Assembly (NCBI GenBank): GCA_025340205.1
Contig: CP006868.1
Location: forward strand, 870,001 to 902,000
Direction of reading: 5' to 3'
DNA: 32,000 bases
Source: Ignicoccus pacificus DSM 13166
GTDB lineage: Archaea; Thermoproteota; Thermoprotei_A; Sulfolobales; Ignicoccaceae
Made by a program: the position numbers and the translations under genes. Positions within the stretch are counted from its first letter, which is position 1. The number at the start of each line of letters is the position of its first letter. Below the pieces are notes generated by a model. That model saw nothing but the letters and a program-made list of their open reading frames with translations. It made no database searches and had not been told where the DNA came from. Below are positions 10,450-19,740 of the stretch, piece after piece.

Positions 10450-11068
10450 TTCTGCCCAACCCCCATTCATCGCTCGTGAGGAGTTTTACTAGTCTTCTCA
10501 AAGCCGAACGCCACTCTTCCTTCAGTCTATAACCGAAGTCAGCTTCTTCAATTATTGAATAGTTTTTCATGATTTCAATGATCCTTTCGGGATCTATGTC
10601 GTATACGGTATGTAAGACCATTACTATTTTCTTAGCGCTACTTGGTAGCTTGAACCTAACCTCATCGTTTTCGAGAACCTCACTCATACCTCTCATGACG
10701 TCAATTATTGTATCACCAGGGGCATTGGTAATTATGTACTCTCCCTCCCTCTTCGCTTTGAACCCTTTCAAGGTGAGCGCTAATAACAACGCATCTAGTG
10801 GTACTGTAGTCTTTGCTCCCTTCACTAGGTCCTCAACGGAGTAACGTCCTCCTTTCATCCTTTCTACTTCCATACCCCTCTTGATGTTTTCTATCTCATA
10901 TCTCAATGATTTTAATTCGTAGGGCATTCCTATAGCCTCAATAATTAATGTATTCCCCTTTACTTGAGTCTTCATCCACCTGGCGCTAATTTCTTCCATT
11001 ATTTTATTCAGTAACTCTACACAAACGTCGCTACTCGAGCACTTTATCACGAACCTCCTTGTGATCAA
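10403..11068 (-). CDS. Conserved archaeal protein, DUF2067-like
   Basis: Sequence character and position upstream of rpoL; family assignment from memory. Confidence 0.6.
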   Translation of the reverse strand: MITRRFVIKCSSSDVCVELLNKIMEEISARWMKTQVKGNTLIIEAIGMPYELKSLRYEIENIKRGMEVERMKGGRYSVEDLVKGAKTTVPLDALLLALTLKGFKAKREGEYIITNAPGDTIIDVMRGMSEVLENDEVRFKLPSSAKKIVMVLHTVYDIDPERIIEIMKNYSIIEEADFGYRLKEEWRSALRRLVKLLTSDEWGLGRNERDIEEAGNSSEDR

Positions 11069-11162
11069 TTAGTTAACATCACCACGGTCTGAGTCACGGT
11101 TGGCTTAATTAGATGGATTCTTTATTACACGTATCCTCTCAGGTGAGTGGGGGATAGGAACG

Positions 11163-11477
11163 ATGAGCGACGTGAAGTTCTACAAGATTAGCGGCTATAT
11201 GCTGATATCTCATGATAAAAACCCCAGATGGCAGAAGTTTGAGATCATTAGAAGGGGAACGAAGCCGGAGGATGTAATGGAGAGGGTGTACTCCGAGCTC
11301 GGCAGCAGACATAAGCTAAGAAGATATCATATTAAAATAGAGAACGTGACTGAGGTTAAGGAGGAGGAAATAGAAGACATCCACTACCTCCAGTTAGCAC
11401 ACCTGGAGGCGTGGGAAGCCTACGATGCTGATAAGGTGTGGAGGAAGTATAAGAAAAAGGTGATTTCTAATGAGTAA
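11163..11477 (+). CDS. rplX: Large subunit ribosomal protein L20a/LX (L18Ae)
   Basis: KFYKISGYMLI...WQKFEIIRRGTKPEDVMERVYSELGSRHKLRRYHIKI. Confidence 0.9.
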   Translation: MSDVKFYKISGYMLISHDKNPRWQKFEIIRRGTKPEDVMERVYSELGSRHKLRRYHIKIENVTEVKEEEIEDIHYLQLAHLEAWEAYDADKVWRKYKKKVISNE

Positions 11478-11919
11478 TAAAGAAATTTCACAAGAAGCCT
11501 TACAACTCTTAGCTCAGTATGAGCAACTTAAGGGCTTAGTTACCGCACTTGCAAACGAACTCGAAAAGCAGAAGTTAACTCTAGAGGACATAAACGTAAC
11601 CTTAAAGGAATTAGAGAAACTAGAGGGCAAGAAGGAAGGATTAGTCCCTCTAGGAGTCGTCCTCAGTAAGGCTGAGATATCAGACGAAGTGTTGGTGCCT
11701 ATAGGAGCTAACTACTATGTTAGTATGAAGGCCAAAGACGCTATTGAGAAGGTGAAAGAGTTAAAGAAGATATATGAGGAAAATGTAAAGAATACGGAGA
11801 AAAACTTGAACGAGCTCCTAGCGGCGCTTAGCGCTATTGAAGGGAAGCTGGTGGATCTACAAAGGGGAGCTCAGAGTGCTGGGAAGGCTGAAGAAGGCGC
11901 TAAAGAATCTAGTAAGTGA
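11470..11919 (+). CDS. pfdA: Prefoldin alpha subunit
   Basis: Two coiled-coil arms flanking VPLGVVLSKAEISDEVLVPIGANYYVSM; position between LX and ftsY. Confidence 0.9.
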   Translation: MSNKEISQEALQLLAQYEQLKGLVTALANELEKQKLTLEDINVTLKELEKLEGKKEGLVPLGVVLSKAEISDEVLVPIGANYYVSMKAKDAIEKVKELKKIYEENVKNTEKNLNELLAALSAIEGKLVDLQRGAQSAGKAEEGAKESSK

Positions 11920-12955
11920 GATCAGTAACAAGGCTGTAGTTGAGAAAGAAGAAGTAATTGAGAAAGAAGTTCCTAAAATTGAGGAGAAGAAGGAAGTAAA
12001 GAAGGTAGATCAAAAAAGTGAGAAATTAACCAAGATAACAGAAGAGAAAAAGGAAAAGGTAAAGAAGGGATTTTTCGCTAAAGTAAAAGAAACCTTAGTT
12101 TACAAGGAACTCGACCTAAAGAAACTCGAACCGATTTTGGAAGAATACGTTCTACTGCTTACTGAAGCAGATGTTGCTTATGAGGTGGCTGAAGAGTTAA
12201 TAGAGAAGTTCAAGGAAAGATTGAAGGGTAAGAAGATAAGAAGAGGTGAGGACGAGAAAAAGATAATAGAAGATGCACTCAGGGAAGCAATCTACGACCT
12301 CATAAATATACCAGGCCCAGATCTGGTGGAAGAGGCAAAGAAGGCTAAGGCTGAAGGTAGGATATTGAAAATAATGTTTATGGGAGTTAACGGCGTAGGT
12401 AAGACAACCACCATAGCTAAGGTAGCTTATATGTTGAAGAAGGCTGGGATAACGCCAGTCTTAGCAGCTGCTGATACCTTTAGGGCAGGCGCTGTCGAGC
12501 AACTAAAACAACACGCAGAGAGAATAGGCGTGCCTATAGTAACAAAGCCCTATGGGAGTGACCCAGCTGCTGTAGCCTATGATGCCATAGAATTCGCTAA
12601 AGCGAGAGGGTTCAGCGTCGTTCTAGTGGATACGGCTGGTAGGATGCATGTAGATGTAGATTTGATGAATGAACTCAGAAAGGTCGCTAGGGTGATAGAG
12701 CCCGACTATAAGATCTTAGTTTTAGACGCTCTTACTGGAAATGATGCTGTTGAACAAGCTAGGTTCTTTGATGAAGCGGTAGGGGTCGATGGGGTGATAC
12801 TCACCAAAGTGGACGCAGACGCAAAAGGCGGTGCGGTGCTGAGCGTGGCGGCAACGATAAAGAAGCCCATACTGTATTTGGGCATAGGCCAAGGTTACGA
12901 GGATTTGATAAGGTTCGACCCCTCGTGGTTCGTGGAAAGGTTGCTGGGTGAGTGA
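11876..12955 (+). CDS. ftsY: Signal recognition particle receptor FtsY (SRP GTPase)
   Basis: GVNGVGKTTTIAKVAY, DTFRAGAVEQL, DTAGRMH and TKVDADAKGGA. GTG at 11876 (MLGRLKKALKNL) preferred over 11837. Confidence 0.95.
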   Translation: MLGRLKKALKNLVSEISNKAVVEKEEVIEKEVPKIEEKKEVKKVDQKSEKLTKITEEKKEKVKKGFFAKVKETLVYKELDLKKLEPILEEYVLLLTEADVAYEVAEELIEKFKERLKGKKIRRGEDEKKIIEDALREAIYDLINIPGPDLVEEAKKAKAEGRILKIMFMGVNGVGKTTTIAKVAYMLKKAGITPVLAAADTFRAGAVEQLKQHAERIGVPIVTKPYGSDPAAVAYDAIEFAKARGFSVVLVDTAGRMHVDVDLMNELRKVARVIEPDYKILVLDALTGNDAVEQARFFDEAVGVDGVILTKVDADAKGGAVLSVAATIKKPILYLGIGQGYEDLIRFDPSWFVERLLGE

Positions 12956-13145
12956 GATGATTGACAAGTACTGGAACAAGCTTGTTGAAATGATATACGA
13001 ATGGAGATCGATACTAAACAAAGCGAGTAAACCCTCTCCAGAAGAGTTAAGTGCAATAATGAAGGTAGTGGGGTTGGCCACGATAATAATAGGAGTGCTG
13101 GCATATGTAATAAGACTATTGGCTGTACTCTTCCTATTTAGTTAA
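12948..13145 (+). CDS. secE: Preprotein translocase SecE (Sec61 gamma-like)
   Basis: About 65 aa, single C-terminal TM, KPSPEELSAIMKVVGLATIIIGVLAYVI. Confidence 0.88.
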   Translation: MSEMIDKYWNKLVEMIYEWRSILNKASKPSPEELSAIMKVVGLATIIIGVLAYVIRLLAVLFLFS

Positions 13146-13147
13146 CG

Positions 13148-13594
13148 GTGATAGAGATGGCATTTTTCCCGGTTAGGACGGTAAGCGGAAAAGAGTTAGA
13201 GGTAGCATTGTTGATAGAGACTAGAGCAAAAGCTATGGGTCTCGATGTGAGATCGGTTGTAGTACCTCCCAGGATCAAGGGGTTCGTTATAGTTGAGGCA
13301 CCGGCACATTTCATTGTACTTGAGGTAACTAGGGGAATAAAGCACGTTAAGGGGGGTCCAGGAAAGAAGATGAAAAAAGAAGAAGTATTGAAGTTAGTGA
13401 AACCCATTCCGATAATAGAGTTGATAAACGTAGGCGATATCGTCGAACTAGTCGCCGGCCCCTTCAAAGGTATGAAGGCAAAAGTTGAAGGCAAGGACGT
13501 GGAGAAGAACGAAGTTATACTTAACATTTTAGAAGCTGCCTATCCCCTGCAGATCACAGTGCCAGCAGATTATGTGAAACCGGTGAGGAGGTGA
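13148..13594 (+). CDS. spt5: Transcription elongation factor Spt5 (NusG-like)
   Basis: NGN domain, then KOW motif [23 protein letters not shown]. Confidence 0.93.
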   Translation: MIEMAFFPVRTVSGKELEVALLIETRAKAMGLDVRSVVVPPRIKGFVIVEAPAHFIVLEVTRGIKHVKGGPGKKMKKEEVLKLVKPIPIIELINVGDIVELVAGPFKGMKAKVEGKDVEKNEVILNILEAAYPLQITVPADYVKPVRR

Positions 13595-14109
13595 GTGTTA
13601 TGCCCAAGAAGGTGCTAACGTTTAGCATCGAGGGAGGTGCTGCTAAGCCCGCTCCGCCGATAAAGCCCGCACTCGAGGGTGTGGGTCTACCAGTAGAGGA
13701 GGTTGTTGAGAAGATAAACGAGATGACGAAGAGGTATAAAGGTTTTACTATAACCGTCAAGGTCATTGTTGATCCGGACACTAAGGAGTATGAAATAGAG
13801 ATAGAGCCACCTAACATCACCGAGTTGCTCCTCAAGCTGGCGGGCGCTAAGGCTCCCTCCGGAGATCCTATACACAAGAAGGTCGGTAACCTACCTTTTG
13901 AGAAGGTAGTGGAAGCTGCCCTAATGAAGGCTCCAGAGTTAACCGCTAAGACCTTGAAGGGAGCTGTCAAAACAGTCTTGGGCACGGCTAGGGCAATAGG
14001 CTTGACGGTTGACAAGAAGGACCCCAAGGAGGTAACTAAGGAAGTCGAGGCTGGTGTATACGACGAGGTCTTGAGCAAATACGAGGAAGAGTGGGAGACA
14101 GTTAGTTAA
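13591..14109 (+). CDS. rpl11: Ribosomal protein uL11
   Basis: [30 protein letters not shown]; [12 protein letters not shown]. Confidence 0.95.
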   Translation: MSVMPKKVLTFSIEGGAAKPAPPIKPALEGVGLPVEEVVEKINEMTKRYKGFTITVKVIVDPDTKEYEIEIEPPNITELLLKLAGAKAPSGDPIHKKVGNLPFEKVVEAALMKAPELTAKTLKGAVKTVLGTARAIGLTVDKKDPKEVTKEVEAGVYDEVLSKYEEEWETVS

Positions 14110-14141
14110 AGCCCCGGTGTAGGTGGCCTAGGGGATCAATT

Positions 14142-14786
14142 ATGATCGTCAGCCAAGAGGCGCTGGAGCGAGCGATCGCGGACGCGCTGAAGCTATCGAA
14201 GAAGAGGAACTTCAAGGAATCCGTGGATATAACAGTCGTGCTCAAGGATATAAACTTGAAGGGACCAGAGGGCAGAATAAGGGAGGTCGTAGAGCTGCCC
14301 CATCCTCCGAACAAGGAAGTGAAGATATGTGTGGTAGCTGACGGAGACATGGCATTAAAGGCCCAGAGGATGGGTCTAAGGGTAATAACTAAGGATGAAC
14401 TTCAACAAATAGACAAGAAGAAGGCTAAGAAGATAGCTAAGGAATGCGACTGGGTCCTCGTTAAGGTGGACCTCATGGGTCTTGTCGGTAGGATCCTAGG
14501 TCCAGCCCTAGGACCTAGAGGTAAGGCACCAGTCCCAGTACCTCCTAACGCTCCTCTTGAGGCTATCGTGAGGAAGTATCAGAAATCCGTCAATTTGAGG
14601 GTTAGGAAACAACCCCAAGTTATGTGCAGAATAGGCACTGAGGATATGGACGTTAAGCAGTTGGCTGAAAACGCACAAGCAGTCATAAGCGCACTGGAGA
14701 GGAAGTTACCGAACCCTCAGAACCAGATAGCCAAAGTTATAGTTAAGACCACGATGGGTCCTCCAGTACTGGTTACTGAGGGGTGA
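14142..14786 (+). CDS. rpl1: Ribosomal protein uL1
   Basis: VDLMGLVGRILGPALGPRGKAPVPVPPNA; TTMGPPVLV. Confidence 0.95.
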   Translation: MIVSQEALERAIADALKLSKKRNFKESVDITVVLKDINLKGPEGRIREVVELPHPPNKEVKICVVADGDMALKAQRMGLRVITKDELQQIDKKKAKKIAKECDWVLVKVDLMGLVGRILGPALGPRGKAPVPVPPNAPLEAIVRKYQKSVNLRVRKQPQVMCRIGTEDMDVKQLAENAQAVISALERKLPNPQNQIAKVIVKTTMGPPVLVTEG

Positions 14787-14792
14787 TAAACG

Positions 14793-15836
14793 ATGAGCGC
14801 AATAACGGCACACATCAGTACCTACCACAGAGAGAAGTTCCCAGAGAAGAAAGTAAAGATAGTAAACGAGGTAAAGAATAAGCTGAAAGAGAAAGACGTA
14901 ATAGTGGTTATCGACCTAAAGAAGACGCCAGCAAACTTGGTCCACAAGTTCAGGAAGAAGTACAGGAAAAAGTGGAGTGATATGGAAGTTATTAAGAATA
15001 ACCTCGTCAGGAAGGCATTTGAGCAAAGTAACATAGAGATGCCTGAAGAAATGGACAAAGCTCTGGTAGACGCTAACATGTTCATCTTCACCAATGATAA
15101 CCCCTTCGAGGTAGCTCTCCAGATATCCAAGTTCTCCATGCCCGCCCCTGCTAAGCCCGGCGATGTTGCTCAAACCGAGATAGTTGTTCCAGCCGGCGAT
15201 ACCGGACTAACTCCCGGTCCCATACTCTCAACCTTCGGTAAGCTAAGGATAAAGACCATGGTAAAAGGAGGAACTATACACATAGTCAAGGATACCGTAG
15301 TTGCTAAGCCTGGCGACGTGATCTCGCCGGAGCTAGCGAGCTTGTTGCAAAAGCTAGGGATAACCCCCATGGAACTTAGAATGAAGGTAAAGGGAGCTTA
15401 CGTAAAGAGTTTGAACAAGTGGATACCGGCTGACGAGTTGGTATTAGACTTAGAGAAGTATAAGCAAGAGATCGCAGAGGCCTATCAGAACGCTTTGGCA
15501 CTAGGAGTAAGCATAGCATACCCAGTACCGGAGGTACTGGAGCTCAGCTTAGCGAAGGCGTTCCAGGACGCTCTAAAGGTAGCGATAGAGGCTGGATGGC
15601 TGAGCAAGGAGACGGCGCCGTATCTGATAGCGAAGGCGCAGGCCCAAGCCATGGCTCTAGCGGCAGCCTTGGGCGACACCGCCAAGGAACTCGGAATAGA
15701 GGTAAGCGCTGCTCCAGCCGCTGCTCCGAGCGCCGGAGCCGAGGAGAAGAAGGAAGAGGAAGAGGAGGAAGAAGAGGAGAAGAAAGAGGTATCCGAGGAG
15801 GACCTAAGCGCCGGCCTAGGCGCGTTATTCGGTTAA
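14793..15836 (+). CDS. rpl10: Ribosomal protein uL10 (P0)
   Basis: P0-like N-terminus, Ala-rich hinge and acidic tail ending EEDLSAGLGALFG. Confidence 0.95.
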   Translation: MSAITAHISTYHREKFPEKKVKIVNEVKNKLKEKDVIVVIDLKKTPANLVHKFRKKYRKKWSDMEVIKNNLVRKAFEQSNIEMPEEMDKALVDANMFIFTNDNPFEVALQISKFSMPAPAKPGDVAQTEIVVPAGDTGLTPGPILSTFGKLRIKTMVKGGTIHIVKDTVVAKPGDVISPELASLLQKLGITPMELRMKVKGAYVKSLNKWIPADELVLDLEKYKQEIAEAYQNALALGVSIAYPVPEVLELSLAKAFQDALKVAIEAGWLSKETAPYLIAKAQAQAMALAAALGDTAKELGIEVSAAPAAAPSAGAEEKKEEEEEEEEEKKEVSEEDLSAGLGALFG

Positions 15837-15892
15837 CTTTTTGTCGCTTCACCTTATTTAGTTCGGTTAGCCTTTCCTAACTGGGACGGAAC

Positions 15893-16201
15893 ATGAAGGT
15901 AGCAGTAATGGCCGAATCCCCCAATGGACCAGTCTCCCATAGGTTCGCTAGAGCACCCTATATTCTCATATATGAAGTGAACGGTAGGGTTAGATTAATC
16001 GAAGCGAGGCAGAACCCCTTCGTTGTTGGGAGAGCAGCTGGACCAGGGGTGATCAATTTGTTGGCTCAGTTAGGCGTCGACGCTGTAGTGGGGCCACAAC
16101 CCGGCCCCAGCGCGATAACAGCGCTCCAACAGCTTGGAATAAGATATGTCCCCGCCCAGCCCGGTGAGTCAATAGAAAGCGCATTGAGGAGAGTGATATG
16201 A
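15893..16201 (+). CDS. NifX/NifB-like dinitrogenase iron-molybdenum cofactor family protein
   Basis: MKVAVMAESPNGPVSHRFARAPYILIYEV; GPGVINLLAQLGVDAVVGPQPGPSAITALQQLGI. Confidence 0.85.
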   Translation: MKVAVMAESPNGPVSHRFARAPYILIYEVNGRVRLIEARQNPFVVGRAAGPGVINLLAQLGVDAVVGPQPGPSAITALQQLGIRYVPAQPGESIESALRRVI

Positions 16202-17075
16202 AGGAAATAGCGATAGTAAGCGGTAAGGGTGTACAGGAAAGAGTACACTAAGCGCATCGTTAATGGCCCTCTCCAGAGGTTCATTGGTCGGAGTTGACGC
16301 TGACGTCGATGCCCCTAATCTGTATCTACTTCTAGGAGACTTTATGGAAATTCAGAGCGAGGAAGAGCTCTACGAATCTAAGAAGGCCTTCATTGAGTTT
16401 GACAGATGTACTAGGTGTATGAAGTGCTTGGAGGCTTGTCAAAACGGTGCCATAACCAGAGACCTAAGGATAATTCCAGAGCTTTGCGATGGATGTCCAG
16501 CTTGTGCCTTTGCATGTCCAGAGGGAGCGATAAAGTTCAAGATAACCTATAGCGGCAAGATAATAGTTGGAAGTACCAAGTACGGCAAGCTCGTCATGGC
16601 AAAATTGGCGCTGGGTGAGAGAGGAAGCGGTAGCTTGGTTGAGAGCGTTCGGAACATTGGTAGGAGATTAGCATTCGATGAAGGCGCATCGGCAATTTTA
16701 GTGGACGCTGCAGCCGGAACCGGTTGTTCTACAATCTCCAGTATCACCGGAGCTTCCTATGCAGTTATCGTGGCAGAACCCACTCCAACTTCTCTTTACG
16801 AAATTAATAGGGTGATCGATCTATTGAAGCATTTTAAGATAAAGAGCTTTGGTGTAATCAATAAAGCTGGGATAAACAAAGGCGTAGAAGATGAAATTGT
16901 AAATGTTTTCGATAAAGAAGGAATAGAGCTCTTGGGAAGAGTACCTTACGATCCTCTAGTTCTAGAAGCGGTGTCCCACATGGTACCAATTGTTGACTAC
17001 TCTCCCAAATCAGCATCATCTCTTGCTATTAAGAGAATATATGATAAGCTCGGTGAGGTGACTGGACTTTGGTAA
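16198..17075 (+). CDS. MinD-superfamily P-loop ATPase with inserted ferredoxin domain (apparent 1-nt frameshift near 16230)
   Basis: ATG at 16198 gives [11 protein letters not shown] then goes out of frame. One inserted G restores [41 protein letters not shown]. Downstream CTRCMKCLEACQNGA and CDGCPACAFACPEGA. Confidence 0.85.
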
Positions 17076-17887
17076 AGATAGCGGTCACCGGAGGTAAAGG
17101 AGGATCGGGTAAAACTACTATCGCCGTCAGTTTAGCCAAACTCTTGAATAAAAGATTAATCGATGCGGATGTGGTTGGACCCAATGTTCATGTACTACTA
17201 AAAGCGGAAAGGAGAAAGGTTGAAGATGTGAGAATATTCATCCCTAGGATAAACGTGGACAGATGTAGTAAGTGTGGTGCTTGTGCCTCAGCTTGTCCAG
17301 AAAACGCCTTGCTCTGGAGACCCTTACATTATCCTGTTCTACTTAGAGAACTATGTACAGGATGTAAAACGTGTTACTATCTATGTAGGAAAATAGACAA
17401 CGCTATCGAAGAAGGTGAAATGAGTGTTGGTAAAATATTCGAGGGAGAAGGTTATGGTATAAGATTCCTTCAAGGGGAAAATGAACCGTGGATGAAGAAG
17501 GCCTCAGCGGTCAGCCTGAGGCTAATGAAGTTCCTAAAAGGTGACGAAGTTATCGATACACCTCCTGGAACTTCAATAATTACGTTTATACCTTTGCTGT
17601 ACGCGGACCTAGTAATAGAAGTAGTCGAACCGACTCCTCATGGTATACGGGATTTTTGGGAGTCGGTAAATATGGTGAAGAAGCTGGGGAAAGAAATAAT
17701 TGTAGTCATCAATAAGTATGGAATAGGACTGACCGGGGAACTTGAGAAAGAACTTAAATCTAAGGGATATAAGTACGTAAAGGTGCCATACGATCAGGAA
17801 ATATTGAAGGCGTACTCTGAAATGAGACCCATCTGGGAAGTCAGTGTGCTTAGAGAAGCTATAGAGAAGCTGAGGGAGTATTTGTAA
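17069..17887 (+). CDS. MinD-superfamily P-loop ATPase with inserted ferredoxin domain, second copy
   Basis: VTGGKGGSGKTTIAVSLA, DADVVGPNVH, CSKCGACASACPENA, CTGCKTCYYLCRK. Confidence 0.92.
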   Translation: MVKIAVTGGKGGSGKTTIAVSLAKLLNKRLIDADVVGPNVHVLLKAERRKVEDVRIFIPRINVDRCSKCGACASACPENALLWRPLHYPVLLRELCTGCKTCYYLCRKIDNAIEEGEMSVGKIFEGEGYGIRFLQGENEPWMKKASAVSLRLMKFLKGDEVIDTPPGTSIITFIPLLYADLVIEVVEPTPHGIRDFWESVNMVKKLGKEIIVVINKYGIGLTGELEKELKSKGYKYVKVPYDQEILKAYSEMRPIWEVSVLREAIEKLREYL

Positions 17888-17890
17888 AAA

Positions 17891-18313
17891 TTACTTGCCC
17901 TTGCCCCTTATCCTCATTATTTTGTAAACGCCAGGAGGCATGACCCAATACTCTACCTCTACTCCGGGTTCGAGCTTCGACTTTATGTCTTCCTCTTCAG
18001 GTAGGGGAACCTCAAAGGTATCGAAGCTCTCCATGTCCATTAGTTGAACGCTGTCACCAGTGATCGCTAGGACTTGTCCTACCCTCTTCTCGATTATTGG
18101 TACCTCTACCCTGGTATCGACGGGAGCAACGAAAGTCTTCTTGGAACCGCTGATCAAGCTTATAGCTACCACGTTGGCCTTAGCGCTTCCATGCTTTCCG
18201 GTCTTCGCCTTACTCATTGAGACTATCTTGCAAGGCTCGCCGTCTATCATTATGAAGTTTCCGGGCTTAAGCTCACCCAAGGTGGCGTAGGTCTTCGACA
18301 CTGCTCTCACCAC
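17891..18313 (-). CDS. eif5a: Translation initiation factor aIF5A (hypusine-containing)
   Basis: [29 protein letters not shown] around the hypusine Lys. Confidence 0.95.
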   Translation of the reverse strand: MVRAVSKTYATLGELKPGNFIMIDGEPCKIVSMSKAKTGKHGSAKANVVAISLISGSKKTFVAPVDTRVEVPIIEKRVGQVLAITGDSVQLMDMESFDTFEVPLPEEEDIKSKLEPGVEVEYWVMPPGVYKIMRIRGKGK

Positions 18314-18331
18314 TTCAGCGTGGGTGCGATA

Positions 18332-18340
18332 GGTATAAGT
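18332..18340 (-). promoter_or_regulatory. Putative TATA box for aIF5A
   Basis: ACTTATACC on the minus strand, about 20-25 nt upstream of the GTG start at 18313; compatible with a leaderless transcript. Confidence 0.5.
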
Positions 18341-18368
18341 GAGTTAGAGCGAGTGTCTACACGGCACG

Positions 18369-18412
18369 CCCGCCTTACGCCGCGCTAGCGGGGAATGAAG
18401 GCGGGAGCTGGA
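18369..18412. other. GC-rich long imperfect hairpin
   Basis: + strand CCCGCCTT-ACG-CCGC-GCTA-GCGG-GGAATG-AAGGCGGG in the gap between two minus-strand genes. Confidence 0.6.
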
Positions 18413-18417
18413 TTGGC

Positions 18418-19260
18418 CTATCCAATTCTTAAGAACGTCTCGAGGTTTGTGACAATCTTGTCAACGTCGTAAAGGTAGGAAACGGAGAGCTCTCTAAATT
18501 GGGATAGACGTAAAGACTCCCTTATAGTATACGTTCTGTTAAAGAACCTTTCCATAGAAGAGCCTACCGGTCCTATAGTTTCTATTCCAGAACTTATGCA
18601 GTCATGTAAGAAGAGTGCTGGTCGAGCCTTCAAGTAGGGATAGAAACACTTGCTAGCTCTTCTCAAATAAGGCTTTATGTCCTTTATACTATCGGCTATC
18701 TTCAGTTTACTCGTACTACCTATCGATTTGAAGACAAGAGATTTGATGGACATCTTGAATTCATCGGATAGGCGATAAGGTGAGATTAACCACAGCTCGT
18801 TCTCTTCCTTTATGAGATTTATAATAAGCTTCGCTAAGTCCCTAACTTCACCCTCAGATGTCGCTTCATAGGCCGTGATAAGAACGGCATCTCCTCTGTT
18901 TGTAGTTTTAACTGTTGGTACACCTAGCTCCTTAACGTTGAGTAGTTCCTTGAAGGGAGTAAGCGCGTTGATTATCCTCTTTAGAGGAGATGGTAATTTG
19001 AGTTCGTCTCCGATGTATATTTTGGGCGATCTGAGGGACAACGATTCTGCTCTTCTCACAAACCTAAGTATCCTTTCACAATCCTTCGTCCTTATGCGAC
19101 TTTGGCACATAACCTCCAGAGGGAGTAACAAACCTTCGAAACTTGGAAGATCTTTTGAAAGTCTTACGAATTCGAAATCTGAATCGCCGAGCATTTCTTC
19201 AAGTCTAGAAACATACAGTTCAAGTTCGGCATCTTTACAGTAAACGGCACAGAGCTTCAC
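18418..19260 (-). CDS. Hypothetical protein, 280 aa
   Basis: Long ORF with good coding character; no family recognised. Confidence 0.65.
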   Translation of the reverse strand: MKLCAVYCKDAELELYVSRLEEMLGDSDFEFVRLSKDLPSFEGLLLPLEVMCQSRIRTKDCERILRFVRRAESLSLRSPKIYIGDELKLPSPLKRIINALTPFKELLNVKELGVPTVKTTNRGDAVLITAYEATSEGEVRDLAKLIINLIKEENELWLISPYRLSDEFKMSIKSLVFKSIGSTSKLKIADSIKDIKPYLRRASKCFYPYLKARPALFLHDCISSGIETIGPVGSSMERFFNRTYTIRESLRLSQFRELSVSYLYDVDKIVTNLETFLRIG

Positions 19261-19347
19261 TTCTCACGTCCTCTTGAAGGATTATCAAAGTGATTATAAC
19301 AGTTACTATGAATAAGGATCATAAATTGGGAGAACGTTAATAGGAGA

Positions 19348-19358
19348 ATTTATAAACG
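19348..19358 (+). promoter_or_regulatory. Putative TATA box for alba
   Basis: Tttataaa-type motif about 35-40 nt upstream of the GTG start at 19389. Confidence 0.5.
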
Positions 19359-19388
19359 CCTCAATGCACCCCAACACGGTGAACCGGT

Positions 19389-19685
19389 GTGAGTGTGCAG
19401 GCACCCCAGAGCAATGAGGTTAGGGTTGGAAAGAAGCCCGTCATGAACTATGTGCTAGCTACTTTGACCCTACTAAACCAGGGTGTGGACAGGGTAGAGA
19501 TAAAGGCCAGGGGTAAGGCCATCAGCAAGGCCGTGGACACCGTCGAGATAGTGAGGAACAGGTTCCTGCCCGGCCAGATAAGGGTGGCCGAGGTAAGGAT
19601 CGGCAGCCAGACCGTCACCAGCGCTGAGGGCAGGCAGAGCAGGATCAGTACTATCGACATAGTAATCGAGAAGGTAAACAAGTAA
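19389..19685 (+). CDS. albA: DNA/RNA-binding protein Alba
   Basis: [49 protein letters not shown]. Confidence 0.96.
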   Translation: MSVQAPQSNEVRVGKKPVMNYVLATLTLLNQGVDRVEIKARGKAISKAVDTVEIVRNRFLPGQIRVAEVRIGSQTVTSAEGRQSRISTIDIVIEKVNK

Positions 19686-19740
19686 TAAAGTAGCTGATTT
19701 TTAGTATTTTCCACTGCTGATTTCCTCTGGGAGCGTAAAA

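Noticed and set aside
13554-14078. 174-aa ORF on the minus strand
   Set aside because: Antisense shadow of the rpl11 gene.
15544-15880. ORFs 15544-15852 (-) and 15596-15880 (+), Arg/Gly/Ser/Pro-rich proteins
   Set aside because: Alternative frames of the GC- and purine-rich Ala/Glu tail of L10; low-complexity shadow ORFs.
16198-16263. Programmed -1 frameshifting as the explanation for the broken P-loop
   Set aside because: No classical slippery heptamer visible and the slip would put Cys for Gly in the P-loop; a missing base is simpler, though untested.
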